Source: Eledone cirrhosa (Eukaryota). From it: a stretch of 64,000 nt of DNA. Positions 28,156-42,000 of the stretch are shown one piece after another; position 1 is the first letter of the stretch; each line of letters begins with the position of its first letter. The notes under the pieces are model-generated. The model ran no database searches and was not told the DNA's origin. It saw nothing but the letters and a program-made list of their open reading frames with translations. The position numbers and the translations under genes are program-made. The stretch is taken from the NCBI GenBank assembly GCA_964016885.1, contig OZ024742.1:339016001-339080000 (forward strand), read 5' to 3'.

Positions 28156-28575
28156 TCAAATATATCGATAAGCTGAATATACTATAACGAATAGTATGGA
28201 GACAAAAAAGAATAAGACGATAACTATCACCTTCCATGTTTTTAACTCAGACGTAATTCGTTTGAAATGGTATTTGGCTGAATTAGGCATTCTGATTTCA
28301 GAGAGTCTGCGGAGGTTGAGCTTCGACATGGTTGTGGTTGAAATGATGCTGTTTGAGCCACGCTTAACGTTCAATTTATTAGCCAAAGTGAGTAAAGGAT
28401 CATCGGGGGCAATACTCCCTCCGTGCAGCGAGTGGCGCCGACTCGTTAATTCTGGAGGGATGGCTGTTGCCGAGGCGGGCAACCGTGTGTTTGTGATACT
28501 GCTGCTGCTGCTACCACTGGATACCAGACTCATGCGGCGGCGCTGCTCGTGGCTAGTTCGGATTACGTTTCGCAT
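28156..28575 (-). CDS. Putative host coding exon: 139-aa basic Ser-rich protein with a C-terminal transmembrane helix (tail-anchored-like)
   Basis: Only non-repeat, non-TE ORF with protein-like composition; higher GC than flanks; AAAC-ATG start context; [18 protein letters not shown] just before the stop; AATAAA on the minus strand at 28032-28037. May be a terminal exon of a longer gene. Confidence 0.6.
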   Translation of the reverse strand: MRNVIRTSHEQRRRMSLVSSGSSSSSITNTRLPASATAIPPELTSRRHSLHGGSIAPDDPLLTLANKLNVKRGSNSIISTTTMSKLNLRRLSEIRMPNSAKYHFKRITSELKTWKVIVIVLFFFVSILFVIVYSAYRYI

Positions 28576-28580
28576 GTTTG

Positions 28581-28652
<72 letters not shown>

Positions 28653-28901
28653 ATAACTGATATATCTAGGGTATATTTATATGTATGTATATTATTCGGT
28701 GGATGGATTGTTAGATAGATAGATAAATAGATAGATAGATAGATAGTCAAGCAAAAGCAATGAAGTACAAATAACTGATACGTATGTATGTATGTATGTA
28801 TGTATGTATGTATGTATGTATGTATGTATGTATGTATGTATGTATGTATGTATGTATGTATGTATGTATGTATGTATCAGAGAGAGAGAGAGAGAGAGAG
28901 A

Positions 28902-29015
<114 letters not shown>

Positions 29016-30268
29016 GAGAGTGTGTCTAGTAGCCAAACAATTGATTTATCTTAATGACTGGTAGAAAAAACTTGTAAAGGTGGCAGGTAATGATCAAAAC
29101 TTTAGCACTGTGGTTGACAAAGACATTTACTGTTAATCCCTGGTTCTGTACAACTAATGACACCATTGAAACGTTAATGTCGAGTACCATAAACAGCTGA
29201 TTACTGTTATGGTTTGTTGAGCTGTTGTATTAATAGCAGAGCAGAGCTCAAGTTTTTTCTCCTAGTTTATTTGAAGTTGTGTTAGCAATATTGAAGTAAA
29301 AGTTACAACAACCAGCAACAGTAATAGTCTAAAGAGAATAGCTTTCTGTGTTGCAGCTTATAAAGAGATATACCAATGGACCAGAAAAATGACACGCAGG
29401 TCAAACAGACAAACAATGTGATTAGGTAGACAAATAACTGTCAGTGAGATAAAGTAGTAGCGTGGTAGCTACAGAAACGGATCAACAAAGAGAGCAACGA
29501 GTTAATACTCAGATATATGAATTCGGTCAACAGGCTTACGATTTTGAGATAACAAAGTCATTTTGTTATTTAAATGACGAAATATTTAGTTGACAAGCGG
29601 AGGAGAAACTTTGATAAAGAAAATATATATATATCATTTTAGAAGATATATATTTCTCAAACGATGTTTTAAAGGAAATATAATGAAACCTTATAAACTA
29701 TTGAAGTGAAAACTGCAGAATCTGAGGAAACTATTGATGGTCTTTGAGCCGAGAAATAAATTGAGATTCAGAGGTAGATAAAGTATATCAACGTGTTGAA
29801 TTGAAGCGGGAAAATGTTGTTGTTAAAACAGCGAGAATAATAAGAAATAAAATTCTTATATTGGAACAATATTTTACATATAAATTTGTAATTTTCTTTC
29901 TATGTTGCAATAATAATTTTAAATGTTCTGCTTTTTTTATATGAAATTTTAAAGGAAAAGAATCTTTTTGTACCCCGAGGAAAGTAATATAAATTATTTT
30001 TCTGAGGTTGTTTTATCCTTAAAGAGTGGAGAAGTTTTGAAATAATCTAAAATTTTCTTATTAGAAATGCCGTGATTTACAATGAATTGAATACAAGGCA
30101 TCGAGGTTTATTTGAACTGTTTCTAATGATAGACATGTATGTATGTATGTATGTATGTATGTATGTATGTATGTATGTATGTATGTATGTATGTATGTAT
30201 GTATGTATGTATGTATGTATGTATGTATGTTTGTGTGTATGTATGTGTGTATGTATGTATGTGTGTAA

Positions 30269-30327
<59 letters not shown>

Positions 30328-30358
30328 TGGTGTGTGTGTGTTTATACAATTGTCAACA

Positions 30359-30412
<54 letters not shown>

Positions 30413-31131
30413 GGAATAATATTCAATGTTTTGAAAAAATAATAATAATAATTAGAATGATGACAAAAGAAAAAATAGAAGAAACAAATAATATAACAAA
30501 CAGCGAAAAAAAAAAACGATATAACAAACAGCGAAACAAAGCTATCAACAAGAATTTAAATGTTCACAAAAGGATATTTGAATATTTGAAAGTCCAGCTG
30601 ATTTCCGGTTAAGTAGAATCATCATGGCTGACAGTTTTTCGTTAACAGACATACACATATAGAGATAATATAATTTATATAGAAAAATAAAATAAAATAA
30701 TTTTTTCGTTCAATCATTCATAAACATATTTATGATTGAAACCGCCATTATCTTCATTATACTTAGTATTTCATTTTAGTATTTGTTTGTGATTATTATT
30801 GTTGATGTTTTTCTTATTATTGATATTCCATATAATTGTACTCGTTCCACACGGGTTTTCCTCCTCGAAATAGATTATCTGTTACATTTAAAACTGGTGT
30901 ATCTGTAGTGTAAAACGTCTGCTATTCTGTGGAAAGTGGATGGTAAAAGAGAGTGAGAGAGCGAGAGAGAGAAAGAGAGAGAGGCAGAGAGAACGAGATA
31001 AAAAGATAAGGAGAGAGACAGAGAGGGGGGGGGAGAGAAACAGAGCGGTGGCGATATGAGTAGCAAGGCCGAATTTTTAATTAAATCTCGCTTCTTTATG
31101 AAGAGAGCATGGTAAATGTGTGTGGGTGTTT

Positions 31132-31226
<95 letters not shown>

Positions 31227-31363
31227 GTAGAGATAGAGAGAGAGAGAAAGTGAGAGAGAAATCGGTGGGGTAGCCGAGGAAAATATTGTCTTCAAATTAT
31301 AAATAAATAAAACATTTCATTTAGGTAGTATCAGTCACGTGTTACGTGTTTTATATATTTTGT

Positions 31364-31428
<65 letters not shown>

Positions 31429-31594
31429 GTACACAATTAAGTTCTTTATATATTATCTGTATATATTTAATTAAAACATTTAAAATGACATATTAATCTT
31501 TAATACTTTATGGTTATTTCTAATTAAACATTGAGATTTACACGAGGTCAGCTAATTATTGTTGTTGTTGTTGTTGTTGTTGTTGTCGTGAAAG

Positions 31595-31710
31595 TGCGTG
31601 GCTGAGTGGTTAGAGAATTGGATTCGCAATCGAGAGGTTGTGAGTTCGATTCCTGGACCGGGCGATACGTTAAGTCCTTGAGCAAGACACTTTATTTCAC
31701 GTCGCTCCTT
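31595..31710 (+). mobile_element. tRNA-derived SINE with CORE-like block
   Basis: A box TGGCTGAGTGG, B box GTTCGATTCC, then CCTTGAGCAAGACACTTT. Confidence 0.75.
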
Positions 31711-31954
31711 CTACCTGGATATGCGATCGGTAGACAGTATTAGCAATTGTAAAAACAAATGGAAACATTGTTTCCTCGGTCCGATTTGACGAACTCCACC
31801 CACTCGTTAAACGAATGAGGTCTGGGATCTTGTTGATCAACTGTTGTTGTTGTTGTTGATGTTGATGATATTGTTGATACTGTGGTTTAAGTTAATTGTG
31901 TTTTATGGCTGGAAGTTAAAAGTAGTAGTAGTATTAGAAATATCATGATGGTAG

Positions 31955-32490
31955 ATGTGATGGTGACAGTAGAGATAGTGGTGGTAGTGATGGTGACAGT
32001 AGAGGTAGTGGTGGTAGTGATGGTGACAGTAGAGGTAGTGGTGGTTGTGATGGTGACAGTGGAGAGGTAGTGGTGGTAGTGAAGGTGACAGTGGAGAGGT
32101 AGTGGTGGTTGTGATGGTGACAGTGGAGAGGTAGTGGTGGTTGTGATGGTGGCAGTGGAGAGGTAGTGGTGGTAGTGTTGGTGGTAGTGACACGGGTGGT
32201 AGTGTTGGTGGTAGTGTTGGTGGTGGTGTTGGTGGTAGTGACACGGGTGGTAGTGTTAGTGGTGGTGGTGACGCAGGTGGTAGTGTTGGTGGTGGTGACA
32301 CAGGTGGTATAGTGTTGGTGGTAGTGTTGGTGGTAGTGTTGGTAGTGGTGACACGGGTGGTAGTGTTGGTGGTGGTGTTGGTAGTGGTGACACGGGTGGT
32401 AGTGTCGATGGTAGTGTTAATGGTGGTGACACAGGTGGTAGTGTTGGTGGTAGTAACGGTGGTGGCTTTACTAGTCCTGATAGTAGTAGT
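31955..32490. repeat. GGT-rich minisatellite (30-32 bp GTAGTGGTGGTWGTGATGGTGACAGTRGAG units grading into GGTAGTGTTGGT repeats)
   Basis: Direct reading; explains the Pro/Thr/His and Val-rich ORFs. Confidence 0.85.
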
Positions 32491-32568
32491 ATGAGGGTGT
32501 CAGAACTGTATGTTTTGTTTGTTCTTTATTTTTTTTCTTATACTTGTTTTGTTTTAGTGCTTTCCTTT

Positions 32569-32618
<50 letters not shown>

Positions 32619-32649
32619 GCTGTAATTACATTTACGTTTCCAAAGGTAA

Positions 32650-33076
32650 ATTATTCTCAGAATGCCAATGTGACAGAAATGCTGTGTTTCCTATAATGTG
32701 ATCGGAATGGTCTCGTACCGGTGGAGTTCCTTACTTACCCCTGGGGGGTGGTGGCTGATTCCCCACCATTCTCTTGTTATTTAGTATCACTTTTTTCCCC
32801 TCCCTTTTGTTATTACTGCCTTCTCGTATAATGTAAGTCCCCACTCTGTATATTTGTATTGTCCTCAATGTTTCTTGCTTTAATGGCAAGTTGTTACTAT
32901 TATGGGTCGATAAATAAAGTACCAGTAATGCACTGGGTCGATTTAATCGATTTTCCCATCCCTTTCAAATTGCTGGCCTTGTACCTAAAGTAGAAACAAT
33001 TATTATTAGTCCTGTTCTGTCTGTATCGCCTTTAATATTTTTCTTCGTGTAAGCCCTGCGTGGTTAATAAAGAAAT
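32650..33076 (+). mobile_element. Old Tx1-like 3' UTR fragment interrupted by a SINE 3' piece (~32900-33005)
   Basis: Ends GCCCTGCGTGGTTAATAAAGAAAT, resembling the 3' ends at 43204-43226 and 48855-48879. Confidence 0.4.
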
Positions 33077-33079
33077 CCT

Positions 33080-33295
33080 GGATTAGCAGAATTGGTAGAG
33101 CTCCGGACAAACCACTTTGTAACATTTAGTTACGTCCCTTTAAGTTCTGAGTTCAAATCCCGCCGATGTTAGTTTTGCCTTTCATCCTTATACGGTCGAT
33201 AAAATAAAGTATCAGTAATGCACTGAGGTCCATTTAATCGACTTTCCCCCTTCCTTTCAAATTGCTGGCCTTGTGCCAAATGTAGAAACAATTAT
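33080..33295 (+). mobile_element. SINE family 1, near full length
   Basis: TAGCAGAATTGGTAG A-box-like, GAGTTCAAATCC B box, GCCTTTCATCC..GTCGATAAAATAAAGTA..GCTGGCCTTGTGCC. Confidence 0.85.
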
Positions 33296-33633
33296 TGTTA
33301 TTATTATTAATATATATTGTGTCTTTTTGTTATTTGTATATTCCAGTTTACACCGACATTCACACACATTAAGATAAAGCTGTCGGTAATGTCACAAATT
33401 CCTTTTATATTTTACATACATACATATGTAATATATATGTGTGTGTGTGCGTGTGTGTGTGTGCATTTAGTTGTAACAATCGTTTACATATGAAACAATT
33501 ACTTCTGATTCCATACAGTTATTTATTTATTTAGGGAGAAGTTGTGACATTCATGCCTCGCCACTTGTTATAAGCGACATAATTGAAATATAAACAGCTG
33601 CATTGAAGCAGATTGTAGATTTCGTTTCGCACC

Positions 33634-33672
<39 letters not shown>

Positions 33673-34865
33673 TGCTAGCAACTGATGTTTATAAGCTAGT
33701 GTTGATGATAGTGGTGGTGGTGGTTGTGGTTGCAGGGATGATGTTGTAATTTGCGGTAGTTGTACCGGTGTTGGTGATGTTGGTGGTGATGATGATGATG
33801 ATGGTGGTAATGGAAATGGTCAGTTTGCTCGTTACAATTGTGAATCTGCTGCTGTTGTTGTGATTGTGCTGTTGGTGTCATTATTATTAGTATTACTGTC
33901 AATGGCGGTGCCCCAGTATGGCCTCAGCCTGTCGTCTGGAACAGACAATAGAGTAATAGTGTATCTGGCAGTAGTCACACGACTACGACTATGGCTTTCT
34001 ATTATACACATCTGAACACCACAAACATATAAAAATCCCTTTATCGCTTTTATTGATATTTTGTTTTGCATTCATTGTTTATCTTGCATATGTGTTTGTG
34101 TGTATGTGTCGATGCATGCATACACATCTATGTTTATGCATATATATATATGAGTGTGTATATGCATATATATATATATATAGTATCTATGTATTTTATA
34201 TCATATATATATAATGCTTATTATTTATAGTGACTAGTTAGTTTGAAGTTTCGCCAATGTGGGCTTCATAAAACAGTCTTAAAACAAGCATGCATTGTAT
34301 GTATGTATCCGTGTATGTATATGTAGGGGTTGTTTGTGTTTTAGCCTTAGGTAAACCCTGATCAAGCTGACCTATTGTCAAAAGATATCTTCATGGTCAT
34401 TCAACTCCAACGTCTATTATTTCTTTTTAAACAAACCCGGTGTATCTAGGGCTCAACTTTTTCTTTTTTAAATACGGCTTTATTTTCGTTATGAAAACAG
34501 TAGCATGCGTATTTGAGGAAGATTTTCACTGTTATATCTTGGAAGGTAGAAAGACTATGCAGAGACTTTCACACGTTGAATTATGCGAAAATATGTTTTG
34601 TTTTGTGTGCGTAGGTGGTCTGTGTGTCTGTGTGGGTAGGTGGAATGTGTGGGTGTATTTCGTTTACCCACCTTTTTCAGTGATTTCCCTTCTTTGGGAA
34701 TATTCCTTGCTTTCCCCCACTTTTTTAAAAACTGTAAATGATTGTTAAATATGTATAGTTATTTTTTAAAACCCTAGGTCATACATGATCTTCCCCCAAC
34801 CTGTCAAACATATGATCCATCTACCGATCATCTTCCTTATTTTAATTAAACATTGTGTTGTGAAA

Positions 34866-34943
<78 letters not shown>

Positions 34944-35250
34944 TATTGATAGTGGTTCAAGCACCCAGTCACATACCTTATGATGATGGTTGTGATGGAT
35001 GGTTAAATAAGTTAATGACTGAGGCGGCGGCGGTGGCGCTGATGGTTGTAGGGGGTTGGTTTGCTTCTGATATTATTAAAGTCGACGAAGAAGAAGATAT
35101 AGCAACAGTGTTTTTCTTGTCGTTTTTATCGTTTGCAGCATCATTATTTTATTTTTTTAATTATTTTTTGTGTTAACTTTGTTCATGAAGATTCGCAAAC
35201 CCTTATGCCTTCATACGTATGTATACATATGTATATACATACATACATAT

Positions 35251-35281
<31 letters not shown>

Positions 35282-35588
35282 AAAGGGAAAAAGATTGGCG
35301 TGGTGTGCTTATGTTTTCTCGTGAAAACACGTAGGGATCACAGTAGACTTAAGATATGGAAGTTTGAAGATTCCATAAACATACTTTATATATAAATGTA
35401 TATGACTGTGTGACCGTGAGGGGGGATGTTTTTCTCTCAGTCTGTCGTTTTAAATCTTTTTAGAGAAACGAAATAAATTTGAAAACACATTTTCACTAAT
35501 TCATATATATGTATATATGCGTATATGTACGGATGTGTATATGTACGGACGTGTATATGTATGGACGTGTATATGTATATATGTATGT

Positions 35589-35632
<44 letters not shown>

Positions 35633-35819
35633 GTAGACTGGATTAAGGTAACAATTCCATACAAGATAAATAGATAGTTAAATAAATATATCCGTTAAGG
35701 CTTCATTGGTTAGACCAGGTTTAAAAAGATGTTGAAATCCATGTAGCGAACACCCGATCTTAGATCAAGTCACTTTGGCAAGGAAGTAAAAACTCCGAAA
35801 GAGGTAAAGCAACGAATAA

Positions 35820-35854
35820 TATATATATATATATCACTGGGTATCGATCTAAAT

Positions 35855-35891
<37 letters not shown>

Positions 35892-36002
35892 TGGGTATCG
35901 ATCTAAATCCTTATATATATATATATATATATATCACTGGGTATCGATCTAAATCCTTATATATATATATATATATATATATCACTGGGTATCGATCTAA
36001 AT

Positions 36003-36093
<91 letters not shown>

Positions 36094-36113
36094 TGGGTAT
36101 CGATCTAAATTCT

Positions 36114-36135
<22 letters not shown>
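35820..36135. repeat. Five copies of CACTGGGTATCGATCTAAATCCT separated by (TA)n of variable length
   Basis: Copies at ~35835, 35889, 35935, 35983, 36091. Confidence 0.9.
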
Positions 36136-36144
<9 letters not shown>

Positions 36145-36621
36145 TAACGTAGATTAGTCAGGTAAAATCCTCCAGGTGTGTTGTTCTTTATGCCGGTTTT
36201 TTATTTGTTTCCAGTTGAATCATTCCAGACATTTTACTTTCCAAAGACTTAATCTTTTTTTAATCAAAAGATAATTAAGAATCCAAAGTACAATATGTTA
36301 TAATTTGGGTGTGTCTGCTAGTGGTAGTGATGGTGGTCGTGGTAGGATCGGCGTTGTAATAGTTACATATCTTTGTAAGAAAACAAGCTCAGGTGAGATT
36401 CAATCCAATACGTTCTGTCTTTCCATTATTTTTTCTCTCAAAATCCGGGGGAAGGGATTTGCCACTTAAATTCATGGAAATTCCTCTAATTTGCTTTTCT
36501 TTTCTAAAGATGAATTCCCAGTATATATATATATATATATACATATATATATGTGTGTGATTGTGTGTGTGTATACATGTATACATGCATAAATTTCTCT
36601 CTTTCTCTCCCTATATATATG

Positions 36622-36689
<68 letters not shown>

Positions 36690-36709
36690 CGTGTGTGTAT
36701 GTATGTATG

Positions 36710-36824
<115 letters not shown>

Positions 36825-36974
36825 GTGTGCGTGTGCGTGTGTGTGTGTGTGTGATTCTGTGTGTGTGTGTGTGTGTGTGTCTGTATCTGTGTGTGTATAT
36901 GTATGCTATCTAATACATACAATGTGATTTGTGTATACTTGCATATGTAATAGTTGATATTTCTCCCTCCCTTA

Positions 36975-36995
36975 CATTGTTTTTGTTATAGTTAC

Positions 36996-37032
<37 letters not shown>

Positions 37033-37155
37033 ATAGTTACTGTTGTTGTTATTGTTGTTGTTGTTATAGTTACTGTTGTTACCACTGTTGTTGTTACTGT
37101 TGTTACTGTTATTGTTGTTATTTACTGTTACCGTTGTTGTTGTTGTTGTTACCAC

Positions 37156-37186
<31 letters not shown>

Positions 37187-37194
37187 GCTGCTGC

Positions 37195-37237
<43 letters not shown>

Positions 37238-37427
37238 ACCACTGTTGTTGTTGTTGTTATCACTGTTGTTGATGATGTTGTTATCACTGTTGTTGATGAT
37301 GTTGTTATCACTGTTGTTGCTTACGGCTTTTTTTAGAGGGGCTTTTGTTTATAGTTGTAACTCGCTGTGGTGTTACTGCAGCAGCAGCAGCAGCAGCTGT
37401 CGTACTAGTAGCAGCAGCAGCACAGCT

Positions 37428-37458
<31 letters not shown>

Positions 37459-37608
37459 CAGTAGCTAATAGTACTACTAGTAATAGTACTAGTTGTTCCA
37501 CTGTAGTTCTTCGAGGTTGCTGCCACTGTCGTTGGCGACGTCGCTGCAATTACTCTGTCGCTATTACTGCTAGTGCTGTTGCTGGTGCTGGTGTTACTAC
37601 TACTGCTG

Positions 37609-37653
<45 letters not shown>

Positions 37654-37725
37654 GTAGTAGTACTGCTGTTGCTGTTGCTGCTGCTACAGCTACAGCTACT
37701 GCTGCTGCAGCTGTTGCTGGTGGTG
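36975..37725. repeat. Trinucleotide field (TTG)n, (CAG)n, (TAG)n, (CTA)n, (CTG)n
   Basis: Direct reading; explains the poly-L/V/T/C ORFs. Confidence 0.9.
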
Positions 37726-37819
37726 CTCTTTCTATCATTGCTTGATGTTCTTCCTTCTGCTGCTGCAATTGCCGCTGTTGCTTCACATTATCTATTGTCG
37801 TTAGTTTCTTCCGTCCTTC

Positions 37820-38933
37820 CTCTATTGTCACCATCTTCCACAAGTCCCCGCCCTTCCCCTATTGTCACCACCTTCCACAAGTCCCCGCCCTTCCCCTGTT
37901 GTCACCATCTTCCACAAGTCCCCGCCCTTCCCCTGTTGTCACCATCTTCCACAAGTCCCCGTCACCCTTCCCCTATTGTCACTACCTTCCACAAGTCCCC
38001 GCCCTTCCCCTGTTGTCACCATCTTCCACAAGTCCCCGTCACCCTTCCCCTATTGTCACCACCTTCCACAAGTCACCGCCCTTCCCCTGTTGTCACCATC
38101 TTCCACAAGTCCCCGCCCTTCCCCTGTTGTCACCATCTTCCACAAGTCCCCGTCACCATTCCCCTATTGTCACCACCTTCCACAAGTCCCCGCCCTTCCC
38201 CTGTTGTCACCATCTTCCACAAGTCCCCGCCCTTCCCCTATTGTCACCATCTTCCACAAGTCCCCGTCCTTCCTCTATTGTCACCATCTTTCACAAGTTA
38301 CCGTCCCCCTTCCTCTATTGTCACCATCTTTCACAAGTTACCGTCTACCTTCCACTGTCGTCACCATCTTTCACAAGTCCCCGTTCCCCTTCCCTTGTTG
38401 TCACCATCTTTCACAAATCCCCGTCCTTCCACTGTCGTCACCATCTTTCACAAGTCCCCGCCCCCTTCCCCTGTCGTCACCATCTTTCACAAATCCCCGT
38501 CCTTCCCCTGTTGTCACCATCTTTCACAAGTCCCCGTCCCCCTTCCCCTGTTGTCACCATCTTTCACAAGGCCCCGTCCTTCCCCTGTCGTCACCATCTT
38601 TCACAAGTCCCCGTCCCCCTTCCCTTGTTGTCAATCTTTCACAAGTCCCCGTCCCCCTTCCCCTGTTGTCACCATCTTTCACAAATCCCCGTCCTTCCCC
38701 TGTTGTCACAATCTTTCACAAGTCCTCGTCCCCCTTCCCCTGTTGTCACCATCTTTCACATGTCCCCGTCCTTCCCCTGTCGTCACCATCTTTCACAAAT
38801 CCCCGTCCTTCCACTGTTGCCACCATCTTTCACAAGTCCCCGTCCTTCCCCTGTCGTCACCATCTTTCACAAGTTCCCGTCCCCCTTCCCTTGTTGTCAC
38901 CATCGTTCACATGTCCCCATCCTTCCCCTGTCG
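37820..38933. repeat. 37/41-bp minisatellite (TGTCACCATCTTYCACAAGTCCCCGYCCTTCCCCTRT)
   Basis: 37-bp period with 41-bp variants; stop-free in three plus frames, giving the spurious ORFs at 37573-39535. Confidence 0.95.
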
Positions 38934-38985
38934 TCTGTCTGTCTATCTGTCTGTCTGTCTGTCCGTTTATCTGTCTGTCTGTCTA

Positions 38986-39022
<37 letters not shown>

Positions 39023-39034
39023 TTGCCTATCTAT

Positions 39035-42000
39035 CACAAACACCAACACAAGCGACGCAACAGCACAAACAAAACACCCCCTCCTGAAAACAATACACCT
39101 ACTACAAAACGTAAACACACAAAAGAACCACAGACAAAAAGCAACCCAACACAACAAAAATGTTACACCTACATAAATACTAGCAATAAAACTTTAACAG
39201 ACACCATATATAAAAACCCTTCGGTGGAGACCGACGGGAAAACTTTTACACACTCTGCGGAGAATCCTAATCTTAAAATGATTAGGATCTCCATGGACAC
39301 ACATAAACAGTTAAAAGAAAAATTTCCTAACGACGTAGGTAACCCCTGCGTCAAACCCTACAATCGAGTCCTGTTAAAATTTTCCCCCACCCCCACCCCC
39401 ATCCCACCAGAAACCCCTCCCCACCAAACATCTCTGTCCCCACCTCTCCAGAGACGACCACCCCACCAAACAACCCCTCCAACACCCCCATGGAAATTGT
39501 GCAGCCTGGTCCCCAGGAGACGAAGAGGTGAGTGATTTCTTTTCCTCTTCTTTTAACTTTTCAGCACCAACATGGATATAAGAGTTGGATGTGTGAATGT
39601 ACGCGGCCTGGGGATGCCCTGGAAACAGGGCAAACTCTTAAATGACCTCAGGTCGCACAGTATGGATGTAGTAGCCATTTGCGAGTCCAGGATCCACAGC
39701 GAGCGACAACTGGCCCCCATCTTCGACGACTTTAAGATCTACGCATCTCTCTGTCAGCCGGGTGGTGGGGGTGGGGTTGCCGTTTTGCTGCGGAAACACC
39801 TGGACCTCGTAACACAGACGGTACATCTGTACCCGGAGGGTCGACTGGTGGTCCTAGACGTTGACGGTAGTGAAGGTGGAGCCTTCAGGCTGGTGGCCGC
39901 ATATGCCCCATCCGGGACACCGCGACCAGACTTCTTCAAACGTCTAGAGACTTTTCTGGGAACGTCCCGCTCCCTGCTATTAGTGGGGGACTGGAATGGA
40001 ATCCTAGATGGACGTTAGGACTATGTGGGAGCATGTCCCGATAGAGGGAGGTGTAACAGCCTCAAACAGTTAATCGGCCGATTTGACCTGGCCGATAGAT
40101 ATCGACTAGATTTTCCGACTGTGCCACTGTGGACGTGGACTAATCGTAGAGGAACATCTAGATCGTACCTAGATAGGGTTCTAGTTAGAAAGAAGGATAG
40201 GGACATGTTAAGCTGTCCACAAATGTTCATGGTTGCCTATTCAGATCACAAATTAGTACCTGCTTAGTCAATCTTGACAAAACCCATAGACAGGGACCCG
40301 GCTATTGGAAGCTGAACTTGTCGTTACCGACATGCAAAGCCTACAGTAGACGGATTAGCACTTTAGTTAAGCAGCACTTGACGGGGGCCATTGTCAACAA
40401 CAGATGGTGGTACTTTCTAAAGAGGGCAGTTAGATTAGACTCGATAGGTTTTAGTAAAGAATTAGTGCTAGATAGAAATATGACCGAAAAGGAACTGGTA
40501 GATAAAGTAGGAGAGGCACTTAGGAGTGGCAACGGAGCCAGCGTGCTAGCGACGAGAACGGTCTTGGACCAGTTCTTCGACGCAAAGCATGAAGGCTGCG
40601 TTGTCAGAAGCAAAATACGTGCTCTGGGAAACGAGGGAGCCAAAGCTGTTAGCTGGGCCCGAGTGACGGAAGCGAAAAGTGGCAACAAGTCCACGATTCG
40701 GTCTTTGAAGGACCAAGACGGACGCGTGATACGTGAACCGAAGCAAATGTGCGCGGCCTTTCAACGGCACTTTGCTCAACTGTTCGGGCAGAGCGGCGCG
40801 CCGGGAGGGGCTATGGATTTCGGTTCATACGTCGACGGCCTACGGCGACTCTCGGACAGCGAGGCGAAGTTCTGCGAAAGGCCGATTTCGACCGCTGAGA
40901 TAGGGGACGCTCTGAGCCAATGCGGCAAATGCAAATCTCCAGGTCTCGACGGTCTACCGTATGAATTTTACGTAGCAATGCCGGACTTGTTCTCCGGTCT
41001 CCTGGTCTACTGCAACTGGCAGCAGAACGGGAGAATTCCCAGTTTTGTGACCAAGGGCGTAATCACGTTAATCAGGAAGGACGAGAACAAGGGGGATGAC
41101 ATAGGCAACTTCCGGCCCATAACTCTGCTCAACACAGAGTTACAGATTTTGGCCAAGGTGTTGGCAAAGAGGCTGGCGCTTGTCGTCGAAAACCTGGTGG
41201 GAGAAGCGCAGGCATGCGCAATCCCGACCAGGTCCATACACGACAACCTCTACCTCATGCGATACATCATAGAGAGGGTAGGGTGTAAACCCGGCTTCAG
41301 TGGGGCCCTGATCAACTTGGATTAGTCTAAGGCTTTCGATAGGGTTGACCATCGTTACCTGGATGCGGTGCTCGAGGCGGCAGGCTTCGGACCCGTGTTC
41401 AGGGGCTGGATTGCTGCAATGCACAGCAGCAACATCTGCTCAAGGGTCAAGGCGAACGGCTACCTCCCGGAGCTGTTCCATATCACGCGATCCATCCGAC
41501 AGGGATGCCCTCTCTCCTCCCTTCTGTACGTACTGCCTCTCGAGCCACTACTGCGGAAGTTGGAGCTATTGCAGGGCATCCCTTTGGAACCGGGACTGCG
41601 AAAAGCGGAGTCGTCCTACGCCGACGACGTGACAGTAATGGTGTCGAGCACCTCGCAAATGGGGGAGATCGGCACCTTACTGGAGGAATACGAAAGGTTC
41701 ACAGGAGCGAAGCTGAACCGGGACAAATCCGTCGGTTTGCAACTCGGAACGTGGAGAGGCAAAGCGATGCCTTCCGATGACGTCGTCGGACGCAGGACGG
41801 AAGGACCGGTAAAGCTGCTCGGGGTCTGGTTTGGTCCGGACCTCCAGGTGGAGAAGAACTGAAACAAGTGACGGCCAAGGTGTTTGCGCTCTCCCAGAAG
41901 TGGGCCGAGTGCAAACTATCCTTGAAAGGTCGAGCGGAGGTGGCGAACACTTTTATAGCGTCCGTCATCTACTACCGCTTGACCGTCGTGCCTTGTCCAG

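Noticed and set aside
31595-31675. tRNA gene
   Set aside because: A and B boxes are present but there is no proper acceptor stem and it continues into a SINE body
35820-36135. CRISPR-like repeat-spacer pattern
   Set aside because: Spacers are pure (TA)n, the context is eukaryotic, and there are no cas genes
37573-39535. Long ORFs of 425-557 aa
   Set aside because: Stop-free 37/41-bp minisatellite open in all three frames; only the last part is a Tx1 ORF1 remnant
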